A stretch of 52,281 nt of DNA from Novosphingobium sp. (lineage in GTDB: Bacteria > Pseudomonadota > Alphaproteobacteria > Sphingomonadales > Sphingomonadaceae), in the NCBI GenBank assembly GCA_043740455.1, contig JAYUCG010000008.1:1-52281 (forward strand). The letters are read 5' to 3'. The position numbers were made by a program, and so were the translations under genes. The notes below the pieces were generated by a model, which made no database searches, had not been told where the DNA came from, and saw only the letters and a program-made list of their open reading frames with translations. How positions within the stretch are numbered: the first letter of the stretch is position 1; each line of letters starts with the position of its first letter. This document shows, piece by piece, positions 18,373 to 27,637 of the stretch.

Positions 18373-20225
18373 CAGTCTATCCCCGCAGCCGCCAGTTTCT
18401 TGTCATCGAATTGCAGCGAGGCGAGCCGCGCGTAAAGGCCGCCGCGCTTGATCAGCTGGCTGTGCGTGCCGCTTTCGGTCATCAGCCCGCCATCCAGCAC
18501 CACGATCCGGTCGGCTGCGCGCACGGTGGCGAGGCGGTGCGCGATGACCAGCGTGGTCCGGCCCTGCATCAGCTTGTCGAGCGCGTCCTGGACCAGCCGT
18601 TCGCTTTCAGCGTCGAGCGCCGAGGTCGCCTCGTCGAGCAACAGGATCGGAGCCTCGCGCAGCACCGCGCGGGCGATTGCGACCCGCTGGCGCTGTCCGC
18701 CCGAAAGCCGCGCCCCGCCTTCGCCAAGGAACGTATCGAGCCCGTCGGGCAGCGCGCGCAGAAACGTCTCGGCATTGGCGGCACGCGCCGCTTCCCAGAT
18801 CGCTTCGTCGCTCGCGCCCCAGTTGCCGTAGCGCAGGTTATCGCGCGCCGAGGCGGCGAACAGCTGGCCCTCTTGCGGGACCAGCGCCATGCGGCGGCGC
18901 ACCTCGGCGGGATCGACCGCGGTCAGCGGAACCCCATCGAGTTTGATCGTCCCGGCCTGCGGATCGTAGAACCGCTCGGCCAGCTGGAACAGCGTCGATT
19001 TGCCCGCGCCTGAAGGTCCGACAATGGCGATCGTCTCACCGGGTTCGACGGTCAGCGTAAAATCGGCCAATGCGGCGACGTCGAGCCGGGTCGGGTAGCG
19101 GAAGGTCACGCCCTCGAACGCCAGCTTGCCGCGCGCCGGGCTGGGCAAGGCGAGCGGCCGAGCGGGAGCGGCGATTGAGGGCTTTTCGCCGAGCAGTTCG
19201 TTGAGCCGCCCCGCCGCACCAGCGCCGCGCAGCAGATCACCGTAAACTTCGGTCAGCGCGCCGAACGAACCGGCGACGATCCCGCTGGTCACGACCATCT
19301 CGAAGATCGTGCCGCCAGTGATCGAACCCTGCGCGACTTGCAGCGCGCCTTCCCAGACCAGCATCACGATCGAGCCGAAGATCGCGACAATGGCGGTGGC
19401 AGTCATTATCGCACGGAGCAGGATTCGCCGCCGCGCGGTGGCGAAGGTTGCTTCCACCGCCGCGCTGAAGCGGCCAAGCTCGCGGCTCTCCTGATTGAAG
19501 GCCTGGACCACGCGCATCCCGCCGAGCACTTCGGAAACTAGGCTGCCAATGTCGGCCACCCGGTCCTGGCTGGTGCGCGACACGTTGCGCAGCCGCCGCC
19601 CGAAGAACGTCAACGGCAGCACAACCAGTGAAATCCCCAGCAGCAGTCCGCCGGTCAGTTTGGGCGCAAGGATGAACAGGCGGATGATCCCGCCGGTCCC
19701 CATGATCAGATTGCGCAGCGCGACTGAAACAGTCGTGCCCACCACTTGTTCGATCAGCGTGGTGTCCGAGGTCATCCGCGAACTGATCTCGCTCGGGCTG
19801 TTTTCTTCGAAAAACGCCGGCGACAGCCGCATCAGGTTGCTTTGGACGGCATAACGGATATCGGCCACAACCCGCTCGCCCAGCCATGACACATAATAGA
19901 AACGTACCGCCGTACCCAGACCCAGCAATGCCACGATGCCCAGCAGATAGCGGAACCAGCGCGCGATTTCCGCGGTGTCGCCGCCTTTGGCAAAGCCCTT
20001 GTCGATGATCAGGTGGAAGCCCGCCGGGATCGCCAGGGTTGCCGAGGCGGTGATCAGCAGCGCGACCAATGCAAAGGCAATCTGGCGGGGATACTTGGCG
20101 GTTTCGCGCCAGATCATCCGCAGTGGGCCAAGGCTACGGGCCTGTTTGGCGGTCGCTTCGGAGAGGGGTTCGGGCGCCGGCTGCAGGGCAGTTTCGACGG
20201 GTTCACCTAGGGCGGCAGAAGTCAT
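18372..20225 (-). CDS. ABC exporter, fused permease/ATPase (MsbA/ExsA-like)
   Basis: TM domain, Walker A GPSGAGKS, signature LSGGQRQR and Walker B LLLDEATSALD. Confidence 0.92.
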   Translation of the reverse strand: MTSAALGEPVETALQPAPEPLSEATAKQARSLGPLRMIWRETAKYPRQIAFALVALLITASATLAIPAGFHLIIDKGFAKGGDTAEIARWFRYLLGIVALLGLGTAVRFYYVSWLGERVVADIRYAVQSNLMRLSPAFFEENSPSEISSRMTSDTTLIEQVVGTTVSVALRNLIMGTGGIIRLFILAPKLTGGLLLGISLVVLPLTFFGRRLRNVSRTSQDRVADIGSLVSEVLGGMRVVQAFNQESRELGRFSAAVEATFATARRRILLRAIMTATAIVAIFGSIVMLVWEGALQVAQGSITGGTIFEMVVTSGIVAGSFGALTEVYGDLLRGAGAAGRLNELLGEKPSIAAPARPLALPSPARGKLAFEGVTFRYPTRLDVAALADFTLTVEPGETIAIVGPSGAGKSTLFQLAERFYDPQAGTIKLDGVPLTAVDPAEVRRRMALVPQEGQLFAASARDNLRYGNWGASDEAIWEAARAANAETFLRALPDGLDTFLGEGGARLSGGQRQRVAIARAVLREAPILLLDEATSALDAESERLVQDALDKLMQGRTTLVIAHRLATVRAADRIVVLDGGLMTESGTHSQLIKRGGLYARLASLQFDDKKLAAAGID

Positions 20226-20285
20226 GGCGTGCCCCTAGCACACCTGAAACGCGGCGTAAGCGGATAAGTGGCAATCGCGCACCGA

Positions 20286-20317
20286 TGTTGCACTGCGTCA
20301 TTTTGTGCATTGCACAA
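20286..20317. promoter_or_regulatory. Putative PhaR-type operator upstream of phaZ
   Basis: TGCACTGC box plus the palindrome ttgtgca-t-tgcacaa (20303-20317). TGC-N3-GCA-like boxes are typical of alphaproteobacterial PhaR sites. Confidence 0.55.
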
Positions 20318-20383
20318 TCGGCTGTTGCGGGCCACCTTGAGGGTGAACCGGCCAGCCAAGACCGGCGCAGGAGTATCGTGCCA

Positions 20384-21628
20384 GTGCTTTATACCGCTTA
20401 CGAAATGCAGCGCTCGTGGATGAACATGGCCAGCACCTGGGCTTCGGTCGGGGCCGAGTGGCTCAACAATCCGGCGCTGCCGTTCGGTTATACCGGAACG
20501 GGCCCAGTCATGGCTTCTGCGCTCGAAGTGTTTGCCCATGCCAGCGCGCCGTATGGCAAGCCGGCCTTCGACATTGAAAGCGTTACCGTTGACGGCACCG
20601 ACTATCCGGTGACCGAGGCGATCGTGCTGCACCGCCCGTTCGGCAATCTGCTGCGCTTTACCCACGATGGCCTGCCCAAGGACGCGTCGCGGCTGCTGAT
20701 CGTCGCCCCGATGAGCGGGCACTTTGCCACCTTGCTGCGCGGCACCGTGGCGCGGATGATCGAGAACTGCGAGGTCTATGTCACCGACTGGGCCGACGCC
20801 AAGATGGTCCCGCTGGGCGCCGGCGAATTCGATCTCGACGACTATATCGACTACCTGACTGCCTATCTCGAACACATCGGTCCCGGCGCGCATATGCTCG
20901 CGGTGTGCCAGCCATCCGTGCCTGCGCTCGCCGTTACCGCGATCATGGCTGCCGACAAGCATCCGTGCCGCCCCGCCACGCTGACCATGATGGGCGGCCC
21001 GATCGATACCCGCGAAGCCCCGACCAGCGTCAATGATCTGGCCATGCAGCGCCCGATCGAATGGTTCCGCCACACCGTGATCGCCACCGTGCCGTTGCAA
21101 TATCCGGGCGCTGGTCGCCGCGTTTATCCCGGCTTCCTGCAATTGGCCGGGTTCATGAGCATGAATCTGGGCAATCACATGCAGAGCCACTACCACATGT
21201 TCAAACACCTGGTTGACGGCGACAGCGAAAGTGCGGACGCGAGCAAGGCGTTCTACGACGAATACCGCGCGGTCTGCGATCTCAACGCGGCCTACTATCT
21301 GCAAACGGTCGAGTGCGTGTTCCAGACCCACGCCTTGCCGAACAATACATTCGAGCACCGCGGCAAGCTGGTCGACCTGACCAAGATTCGCGACACTGCG
21401 ATCTTGGCGATCGAGGGAGAGCGCGACGATATCTCTGGCATCGGCCAGACCAAGGCCGCGCTCAAGCTGACCACCGGTCTCGCCGCCTCGCGGAAGCAGT
21501 ATTTCCTTGCGCCCGAAGTCGGGCATTACGGGATCTTCAACGGCAGCCGCTGGCGCGACCAGATCGCACCGATGGTCGAGGACTGGATCGGAAAGTTCGA
21601 CCGAGCGCAGCTCAAGGTTGTTGCTTGA
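20384..21628 (+). CDS. phaZ: Intracellular polyhydroxyalkanoate depolymerase
   Basis: Motifs VAPMSGHFATLLRGTV, AVCQP, MGGPID, EGERDDISG and GHYGIFNG. GTG start after AGGAG (alternative start at 20378). Confidence 0.93.
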   Translation: MLYTAYEMQRSWMNMASTWASVGAEWLNNPALPFGYTGTGPVMASALEVFAHASAPYGKPAFDIESVTVDGTDYPVTEAIVLHRPFGNLLRFTHDGLPKDASRLLIVAPMSGHFATLLRGTVARMIENCEVYVTDWADAKMVPLGAGEFDLDDYIDYLTAYLEHIGPGAHMLAVCQPSVPALAVTAIMAADKHPCRPATLTMMGGPIDTREAPTSVNDLAMQRPIEWFRHTVIATVPLQYPGAGRRVYPGFLQLAGFMSMNLGNHMQSHYHMFKHLVDGDSESADASKAFYDEYRAVCDLNAAYYLQTVECVFQTHALPNNTFEHRGKLVDLTKIRDTAILAIEGERDDISGIGQTKAALKLTTGLAASRKQYFLAPEVGHYGIFNGSRWRDQIAPMVEDWIGKFDRAQLKVVA

Positions 21629-21632
21629 CCGC

Positions 21633-22280
21633 CTAATCCGGCGGCAGCGTTTCGCCCGGCGCGGGACGCGGTACGGTCCAGGGCTGGGAGCGCGCCCACA
21701 GCGCTTTCAGCACCCGCCGCGTCAGGACCAGCAGCATAATCGCCAGGACCACCAGGATCGCAGCGACCCCCCCGGCCAGTGCCGGATGGGCATAGGCGAG
21801 ATACAGCAGCCCCGTGGTCGCGGCATCTTCGGCAGTTGAAACAATCACGTTGCTGAACGGTTCGGGGCTGGTGTTGACCACTGCCCGCGCCCCGGCCTTG
21901 CCGCTATGCGCCAGCAGCGAAGCCCCGCCGCCAAGGATGAAGGCAATCGCCTGCGCCGCCGGATCGGACGGATCGACAATCGCCAGCGAGAGCAGCGCGC
22001 CGCCGACCGGGCGGATCAGCGTGTGGACCGTGTCCCACAGGCTGTCGAGCCACGGCACCTTGTCGGCAAAGAACTCCATGAACGCCGCCGCTCCGGCCAC
22101 GCCCATCACCCACGGACTGGCCAAAACCCGCAGCGCTGCCAAGTGCTCGGGCAGCGGCAACACGCCGAAATACATAGCGAGGCCCGTTGCCAGCACGCAA
22201 AGATAAAGCCGCCAGCCCGACAGCAAGCTGACACTGGCAGCAACGCCAAGAATTTCGGTAATGCCAAGATGTCCGGTCAT
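21633..22280 (-). CDS. DUF4126-family membrane protein
   Basis: Motifs SGWRLY, EFFADKVPWLDSLWDTVHT and NTSPEPFSN. Confidence 0.88.
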   Translation of the reverse strand: MTGHLGITEILGVAASVSLLSGWRLYLCVLATGLAMYFGVLPLPEHLAALRVLASPWVMGVAGAAAFMEFFADKVPWLDSLWDTVHTLIRPVGGALLSLAIVDPSDPAAQAIAFILGGGASLLAHSGKAGARAVVNTSPEPFSNVIVSTAEDAATTGLLYLAYAHPALAGGVAAILVVLAIMLLVLTRRVLKALWARSQPWTVPRPAPGETLPPD

Positions 22281-22350
22281 CGGCCGCAGTCCCCTTCGCG
22301 ATCCGTCGGGTTCAAGGATGGGCGCGATCTAGCGCGATAGCAAGCTGCCC

Positions 22351-22916
22351 TCAGCGCCGGTCCAGCGCCGGATCGAGCGTCTGCCCCGGATCGAGTTGGA
22401 CCCCGAGCGAATTGAGGATCATCGACACCTGCGTGTACTGTCCGACCGTGAAGACGAGGTCGGTGCGGCCCACATCGCCAAGCTCGGCCAGGTCCTGCCA
22501 GGTGCCCGCGGTGATGAAGTGATCGCGCACCAGCTCGTCGCTGGCGCGAAGGATCGCGCGGTCAAGTGGCGACCAGTCGGGCGCGGTCGCGCCGGCCTTG
22601 ATCCGTTCGACCTCTTCGCCGGTCAACCCGGCGTCGATGCCGATCGGCACATGCTGGGTCCATTCATAGCCCGCGCCACACAGGTAACCGACGCGCAGGA
22701 TCGCCAGCTCGCGTGTCCGTGGCGGCAAGCTGTTGCGTCGCGACAGGATATAGCCGCCCCAGCCGAGGAACGCGGTCAGCGCACGTGGCAGCTGCGCCAT
22801 GGTGCGGAAGATGTTGAGCACCCGGCCTGGACCAGAAACGGTTCCAGGGCCGCGCGCTGCTCATCGCTCAGCTGGTCAAGATCGATCGGCGCGATCCGCG
22901 GTGCGGACAGGCGCAC
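22351..22916 (-). pseudogene. Carboxymuconolactone decarboxylase/AhpD-family gene with a 1-nt frameshift near 22826 (pseudogene or sequencing error)
   Basis: A GTG at 22916 directly follows the thiolase stop and reads VRLSAPRIAPIDLDQLSDEQRAALEPFLVQ. The family core (VLNIFRT...RELAILRVG...YEWTQH) is in another frame. The total span is 566 nt (3n-1). Confidence 0.75.
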
Positions 22917-24098
22917 TTACAAGACTTCGAACAGCCCTGCCGCGCCCTGTCCGCCGCCGATGCACATGGTGACGACCACGTACCGCGCTCCGCGGCGCTT
23001 GCCTTCGATCAGCGCGTGGCCGGTGCAGCGCGCACCGGTCATGCCGAACGGGTGGCCGATCGAGATCGAGCCGCCGTTGACGTTGAGCAGCTCGTCAGGG
23101 ATGCCCAGCTTGTCGCGGCAGTAAAGCACCTGCACCGCGAAGGCCTCGTTCAGTTCCCACAGCCCGATATCATCCATCTTGAGGCTGAAGCGCTCAAGCA
23201 GCTTGGGGATCGCAAACACCGGCCCGATGCCCATTTCGTCAGGCTCGGTCCCGGCCACGGCCATGCCGACATAGCGGCCCAGCGGGGTCAGGCCGCGCTT
23301 TTCGGCGACCTTGGCTTCCATCAGGACGCAGGCCGACGAACCGTCCGACAGCTGGCTGGCGTTGCCTGCGGTGACCGTGTGGCCTTCACCCATCACCGGC
23401 TTGAGGCTGGCAAGCCCTTCGAGCGTGGTGTCGGGGCGGTTGCAATCGTCCTTGGTGGCGGTGACCTCCTTGTAGGAAACCTCCTTGGTCTCCTTGTCGA
23501 CAATCGCCATGGTCGCGGCGCAGGGCACGATTTCATCATCGAACTTCCCCGCAGCCTGCGCGGCGGCGGTGCGCTGCTGCGACTGGAGCGAATAGAGATC
23601 CTGCGCTTCGCGGCTGATGCCATAACGCTTGGCGACGACTTCGGCGGTGCCGATCATCGGCATGTAGATATTGGGGTGCATTTCGAGCAGGGCGCGGTCG
23701 GGCTCGACGTACATCTTGCCGCTGCCCACCACCTTGGAAATGCTTTCCAGCCCGCCGCCGATGCAAATGTCCATGTTGTCGACGATGATCTGCTTGGCCG
23801 CCGTGGCGATGGTCATCAGGCCGGACGAGCACTGGCGGTCGATCGTCATCGCCGGGACAGTGACGGGGAGGCCGGCGCGCAGCGCGGCGAGGCGCGCGAC
23901 GTTGCCGCCAGTCGAACCCTGCTGGGCGGCACAGCCCATCACGACGTCGTCAACTTCGCCGCCAGCGAGCCCGGCGCGTTCGACCGCCGCGCGGATCGAA
24001 TAGGCGCCAAGCGTCGCCCCAGTGGTGTTGTTGAACGCACCGCGCCCGGCCTTGGTCAGCGGAGTACGGGCGGTAGAAACGATGACTGCGTCACGCAT
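22917..24098 (-). CDS. Acetyl-CoA C-acyltransferase (thiolase)
   Basis: Motifs [33 protein letters not shown] and CIGGGQG. Confidence 0.95.
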   Translation of the reverse strand: MRDAVIVSTARTPLTKAGRGAFNNTTGATLGAYSIRAAVERAGLAGGEVDDVVMGCAAQQGSTGGNVARLAALRAGLPVTVPAMTIDRQCSSGLMTIATAAKQIIVDNMDICIGGGLESISKVVGSGKMYVEPDRALLEMHPNIYMPMIGTAEVVAKRYGISREAQDLYSLQSQQRTAAAQAAGKFDDEIVPCAATMAIVDKETKEVSYKEVTATKDDCNRPDTTLEGLASLKPVMGEGHTVTAGNASQLSDGSSACVLMEAKVAEKRGLTPLGRYVGMAVAGTEPDEMGIGPVFAIPKLLERFSLKMDDIGLWELNEAFAVQVLYCRDKLGIPDELLNVNGGSISIGHPFGMTGARCTGHALIEGKRRGARYVVVTMCIGGGQGAAGLFEVL

Positions 24099-24127
24099 GA
24101 TGAATTCCTTTGGTCAAATCCGGTTCA

Positions 24128-24243
24128 CCCCTCCCGGTCCGGGAGGGGCAGCGAGACTTGGCAGCGTGCTGCCTAGTCGCAGCGGGGTGGGTCCAAACGC
24201 TAGCGTGGAACCCCCACCCCAACCCCTCCCCACCGGGGAGGGG
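24128..24243. repeat. REP-like multi-hairpin element (CCCCTCCC...GGGAGGGG family)
   Basis: Terminal palindromes cccctcccgg-t-ccgggagggg (24128-24148) and cccctcccc-acc-ggggagggg (24223-24243), with internal stems (ggcagc/gctgcc and ggggtggg/cccacccc). Confidence 0.7.
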
Positions 24244-24250
24244 CTATAGG

Positions 24251-24700
24251 TCACACGAAAAACAGCGTGATCCATTCGCAGATCAGCGCGGGCTTGTCCT
24301 CGCCTTCGATCTCGATGGTCACTTCGTTGGTCTGCTGCCACTGTCCGGGGCGCTTTTCGACCAGTTCGAGCAGCTTGGTGTGGCTGCGCACGCGCTTGCC
24401 CGAACGGACTGGGCTGATGAAGCGGGTTTTGTTGCCGCCATAGTTGACGCCCATCTTCACGCCATCGACCCGCGCACCTTCAGTCATCGCGCCGAGCACC
24501 GGCAACAACGACAGGGTAAGGAAACCGTGCGCGATGGTCCCGCCGAACGGGGTCAGCTTGGCCTTTTCCTCATCGATGTGGATGAACTGGAAATCGCCGG
24601 TTGCTTCGGCGAATTTGTTGATGCGTTCCTGGGTCACGTCGAACCAGTCGGAAACGCCGATCACTTCGCCAGTCTTGGCGGCAAGTTCTTGCGGGGTCAT
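24251..24700 (-). CDS. MaoC-family dehydratase (NodN-like)
   Basis: Motifs FAEATGDFQFIH, PFGGTIAHGFLTLSL, NYG and RFISPVRSG. Confidence 0.92.
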   Translation of the reverse strand: MTPQELAAKTGEVIGVSDWFDVTQERINKFAEATGDFQFIHIDEEKAKLTPFGGTIAHGFLTLSLLPVLGAMTEGARVDGVKMGVNYGGNKTRFISPVRSGKRVRSHTKLLELVEKRPGQWQQTNEVTIEIEGEDKPALICEWITLFFV

Positions 24701-24767
24701 GGGGCCTCTCCTCAGCAGCCGGGAAAGGCGCTGTCATGGCCCAAGCCGGGCGGCGTTGCAATGCGCG

Positions 24768-26138
24768 CTAGCGTGCCGCTACGGCATCCGGGACCGCGAG
24801 ACTGCGTTGGACCCGCGCGGAACGAGGCACGGCACCTTCGATTCGCTTGAGGTAGCTCCACAGCCCGCACTGGAGGCCGATCAGCATGTAGCAGAACGGC
24901 TGGAAGGCGATCCCGACGAACAGCGATCCGGCCATGTAGACGATCAGCGATTGCTGCAGCGCATTAGCCAGCGGCGCCTGCCAGGTCTCGCCCGCGCCCA
25001 TACGCTTTTTCCAGCGGTGGCGAATCCGTTCCATCTGCCACAGCCCCGACAGCATCAGCCACAGCCACAGGAACAGCCCCAGCCAGCCTTGTTCGCCCAG
25101 CATTTCGAAATAGCTCGAATGGTAGGCGCGGGCCTTGTCGTAGGCATCGCGGGTTTCGACCGAGACATTGTTCCCATCGGCGCTCCGGCCCTTGAGCTGG
25201 ACGTGGACATGGTTGCTGCGATAGGCCTCGAACCCTCCGCCGAGCGGGTGGTCCTTCACATAGTCGAGCGTCCAGCCCCAGACTGCAACGCGCGTCGCCG
25301 CGCTCTCGTCGGCCTCATGGTTCTGGATCGTGCTCATTCGCTGGGTGTAACTGGCCGGCAGCAAGGGAAACGCAGTCAGCGCCAGCACCGCCATAATCCC
25401 GATGTACAGCACCCGGCGCTTCACATTGCGCAGCGCCAGCACCGTGAGCAGCGCCAGGCACAGCAGCCCGGTGCGCGCCTGGGTGCCGACCGGCATCAGC
25501 GCGCAAGAGAACATCAGCGCCAGCCCGAACAGTTTGGCCCGCCAATCGGGCGGAAAGATCGTGCCGTGGTTCATCAGCCACAGGATCAGCGGGATCACCG
25601 CGATCGCGACGGTCGAGATGATCGAGCCTTCGTAAAGCCCGGTGTTGTCGTTGATGAACAGGTGGAGTTCGCCGTACCCGCCGCCGCCGCCGACGGTTTT
25701 GATCCCGCCATCGATGATGATCGCGCCGACGCTCAGCACCATGACCAGCGCCGCTGCCTCAATCCGCAGGCGCGTGCGCAAAGTCAGCGGCAGGAACACC
25801 GCGAAGACCAGCGCCTTCCAAACCCACGACCACTTGGCCGCAGCCTCGACCGGGAAATCGGCGCTCAGCGTGGTCATCCCGCAATAGACCAGCAGCACCG
25901 CGATCAGGCCCTGGCGCAGGGTGAAGCGGCTGTCGATCTTCTCGTCGACCAAAGCCCAGCCACCGAACGCCAGCACGAAAGCGATCAGCGAGATCGGCAG
26001 CGAGGCGAGCAAGTGGTACGAAATCTTCTGTGGGCTCAGGATGTCGATATAAAGATAGGCCAGCACCCAGACGAACGGGCGCCGGAAGCCCGCCGCCAGC
26101 AGCGCGAGCGTGAAGCCGGTGATCGCCAGGTCAAGCAC
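24768..26138 (-). CDS. Putative O-glycosylation ligase (WaaL/Wzy-like), exosortase-A-system associated
   Basis: Polytopic membrane protein with GTQARTG, ESAATRVAVW, HPLGGGF and AYHSSYFEMLGEQGWLGL. The GTG start at 26138 overlaps the upstream small ORF stop. Confidence 0.82.
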   Translation of the reverse strand: MLDLAITGFTLALLAAGFRRPFVWVLAYLYIDILSPQKISYHLLASLPISLIAFVLAFGGWALVDEKIDSRFTLRQGLIAVLLVYCGMTTLSADFPVEAAAKWSWVWKALVFAVFLPLTLRTRLRIEAAALVMVLSVGAIIIDGGIKTVGGGGGYGELHLFINDNTGLYEGSIISTVAIAVIPLILWLMNHGTIFPPDWRAKLFGLALMFSCALMPVGTQARTGLLCLALLTVLALRNVKRRVLYIGIMAVLALTAFPLLPASYTQRMSTIQNHEADESAATRVAVWGWTLDYVKDHPLGGGFEAYRSNHVHVQLKGRSADGNNVSVETRDAYDKARAYHSSYFEMLGEQGWLGLFLWLWLMLSGLWQMERIRHRWKKRMGAGETWQAPLANALQQSLIVYMAGSLFVGIAFQPFCYMLIGLQCGLWSYLKRIEGAVPRSARVQRSLAVPDAVAAR

Positions 26139-26292
26139 GGGTGCGCAGCCCTGGCAGCGGCTTGGCCGGCGGTTCAGGCGCGGCCGGTTCCAGCGGCGCT
26201 GCTTCCTCGTCGAGGTCGCCGCGCAGCAGGATGCGCAGGCACGCGAGTGCGAGCAGGCCATGCGTCAGCGCCAGGGCGAAAAAGTCGATCAT
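26131..26292 (-). CDS. 53-aa small membrane-anchored protein (not in the ORF track)
   Basis: Manual translation: MIDFFALALTHGLLALACLRILLRGDLDEEAAPLEPAAPEPPAKPLPGLRTRA. It has an N-terminal hydrophobic helix and its stop overlaps the ligase start. Confidence 0.6.
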   Translation of the reverse strand: MIDFFALALTHGLLALACLRILLRGDLDEEAAPLEPAAPEPPAKPLPGLRTRA

Positions 26293-26358
26293 TGCGGCCC
26301 GCCTTAGCGCAGCCGAGTTGACGCGCCGTTAAGCAGTCTAGTCCTAGTAGAACGGTCT

Positions 26359-27588
26359 ATGACTCGGATTTTGCACGTCCTTGACCATTCGCTACCGCTG
26401 CACAGCGGCTACACCTTCCGCACCCGTGCGATCCTGAAGGCCCAGCAGGCTTCGGGGATCGAGGTGCGCGGCATTACCGGGCTGCGCCATGTGGCCGAGG
26501 GTCCCGATACCGAGGAAGTGGACGGCATAACCTTCCACCGCACCCGCGGCACCGCAGGAGGTCCGCCAGCCTATCGCGAGTGGCGCGAAATCCAGCTGCT
26601 CGCCGATGCCATCGTCGCTTTGGCGCAGGACTGGCGGCCCGACGTGCTCCATGCCCATTCCCCAGCGCTATGCGGCAAGGCGGCGGCGCTGGCGGCCAAG
26701 CGGCTCGGGCTGCCCCTGGTCTATGAAATCCGCGCGTTCTGGGAAGACGCGGCAGTTTCGAACGGAACTGGCAGCGAGGGTAACCTCAAATACCGGCTGA
26801 CCCGCGCACTTGAAAACAACCTGGTCGCAACTGCCGATGCAGTGGTGACGATCTGCCAGGGGCTGAAAGACGATCTGGTGAGGCGCGGCGTCGATCCGGC
26901 CAAAATCACGCTCAGCCCCAATGGGGTGGACCTCGCGCTGTTCGGTGAAGTCCCGTTCGCCGATCCGGCGCTGGCCCGCGAACTGGGCCTGGGCAGCGGC
27001 CCCGTAATCGGTTTCATCGGCAGCTTCTATGATTACGAGGGGATCGACGATCTGATTGCGGCCATGCCCGCACTGATCGAGCAGGTTCCCGATGCGCGGC
27101 TGCTGCTGGTCGGCGGCGGTCCAATGGAAGCCGCGCTGCGTGCGCAGGCTGCGGCCAGCTCGGCGGCGGCGGCCATCCGCTTCGTCGGACGCGTGCCGCA
27201 CAGCGAGGTCGAGCGTTACTACGCTCTGATGGATGTGATGGCCTATCCGCGCAAGCGCAGCCGCTTGACCGACCTAGTCACGCCGTTGAAGCCGCTTGAA
27301 GCCATGGCCCAGCGCAAGCTGGTTGCCGCGTCCGACGTCGGCGGGCACCGTGAACTGATTACCCACGGCAAAACCGGCGTGCTGTTCGCGCCCGACAGCC
27401 CGGCCGATTGCGCCGCCGCGCTGGCCGGTCTGCTGGCCGATCGCACGTCATGGCCCGCCTATCGCGAAGCCGGCCTGGCGCAAGTCAGAACCAATCATGA
27501 CTGGGCCAAGAACGTTCATCGTTATCACGTTGTTTACCAAGTCCTGTTAGCCCCGAAATCGCGAAACCGCGTCTCCGCAGCCGCCTGA
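26359..27588 (+). CDS. GT4 glycosyltransferase, exosortase-A/PEP-CTERM-system associated type
   Basis: Motifs ILHVLDHSLPLHSGYTFRT, YEIRAFWED and TPLKPLEAMA. Confidence 0.88.
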   Translation: MTRILHVLDHSLPLHSGYTFRTRAILKAQQASGIEVRGITGLRHVAEGPDTEEVDGITFHRTRGTAGGPPAYREWREIQLLADAIVALAQDWRPDVLHAHSPALCGKAAALAAKRLGLPLVYEIRAFWEDAAVSNGTGSEGNLKYRLTRALENNLVATADAVVTICQGLKDDLVRRGVDPAKITLSPNGVDLALFGEVPFADPALARELGLGSGPVIGFIGSFYDYEGIDDLIAAMPALIEQVPDARLLLVGGGPMEAALRAQAAASSAAAAIRFVGRVPHSEVERYYALMDVMAYPRKRSRLTDLVTPLKPLEAMAQRKLVAASDVGGHRELITHGKTGVLFAPDSPADCAAALAGLLADRTSWPAYREAGLAQVRTNHDWAKNVHRYHVVYQVLLAPKSRNRVSAAA

Positions 27589-27637
27589 CAGCTACCGGCG
27601 CGCCTCGCGATGTGAGTTTACAGGGGTTCTGCGAAAC

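Noticed and set aside
24444-26321. 625-aa plus-strand ORF and other long antisense ORFs (20222-21526, 29358-30602, 32568-33902, 23016-24176)
   Set aside because: These are shadow ORFs opposite well-supported genes, as expected in high-GC DNA, and they carry no recognisable motifs.
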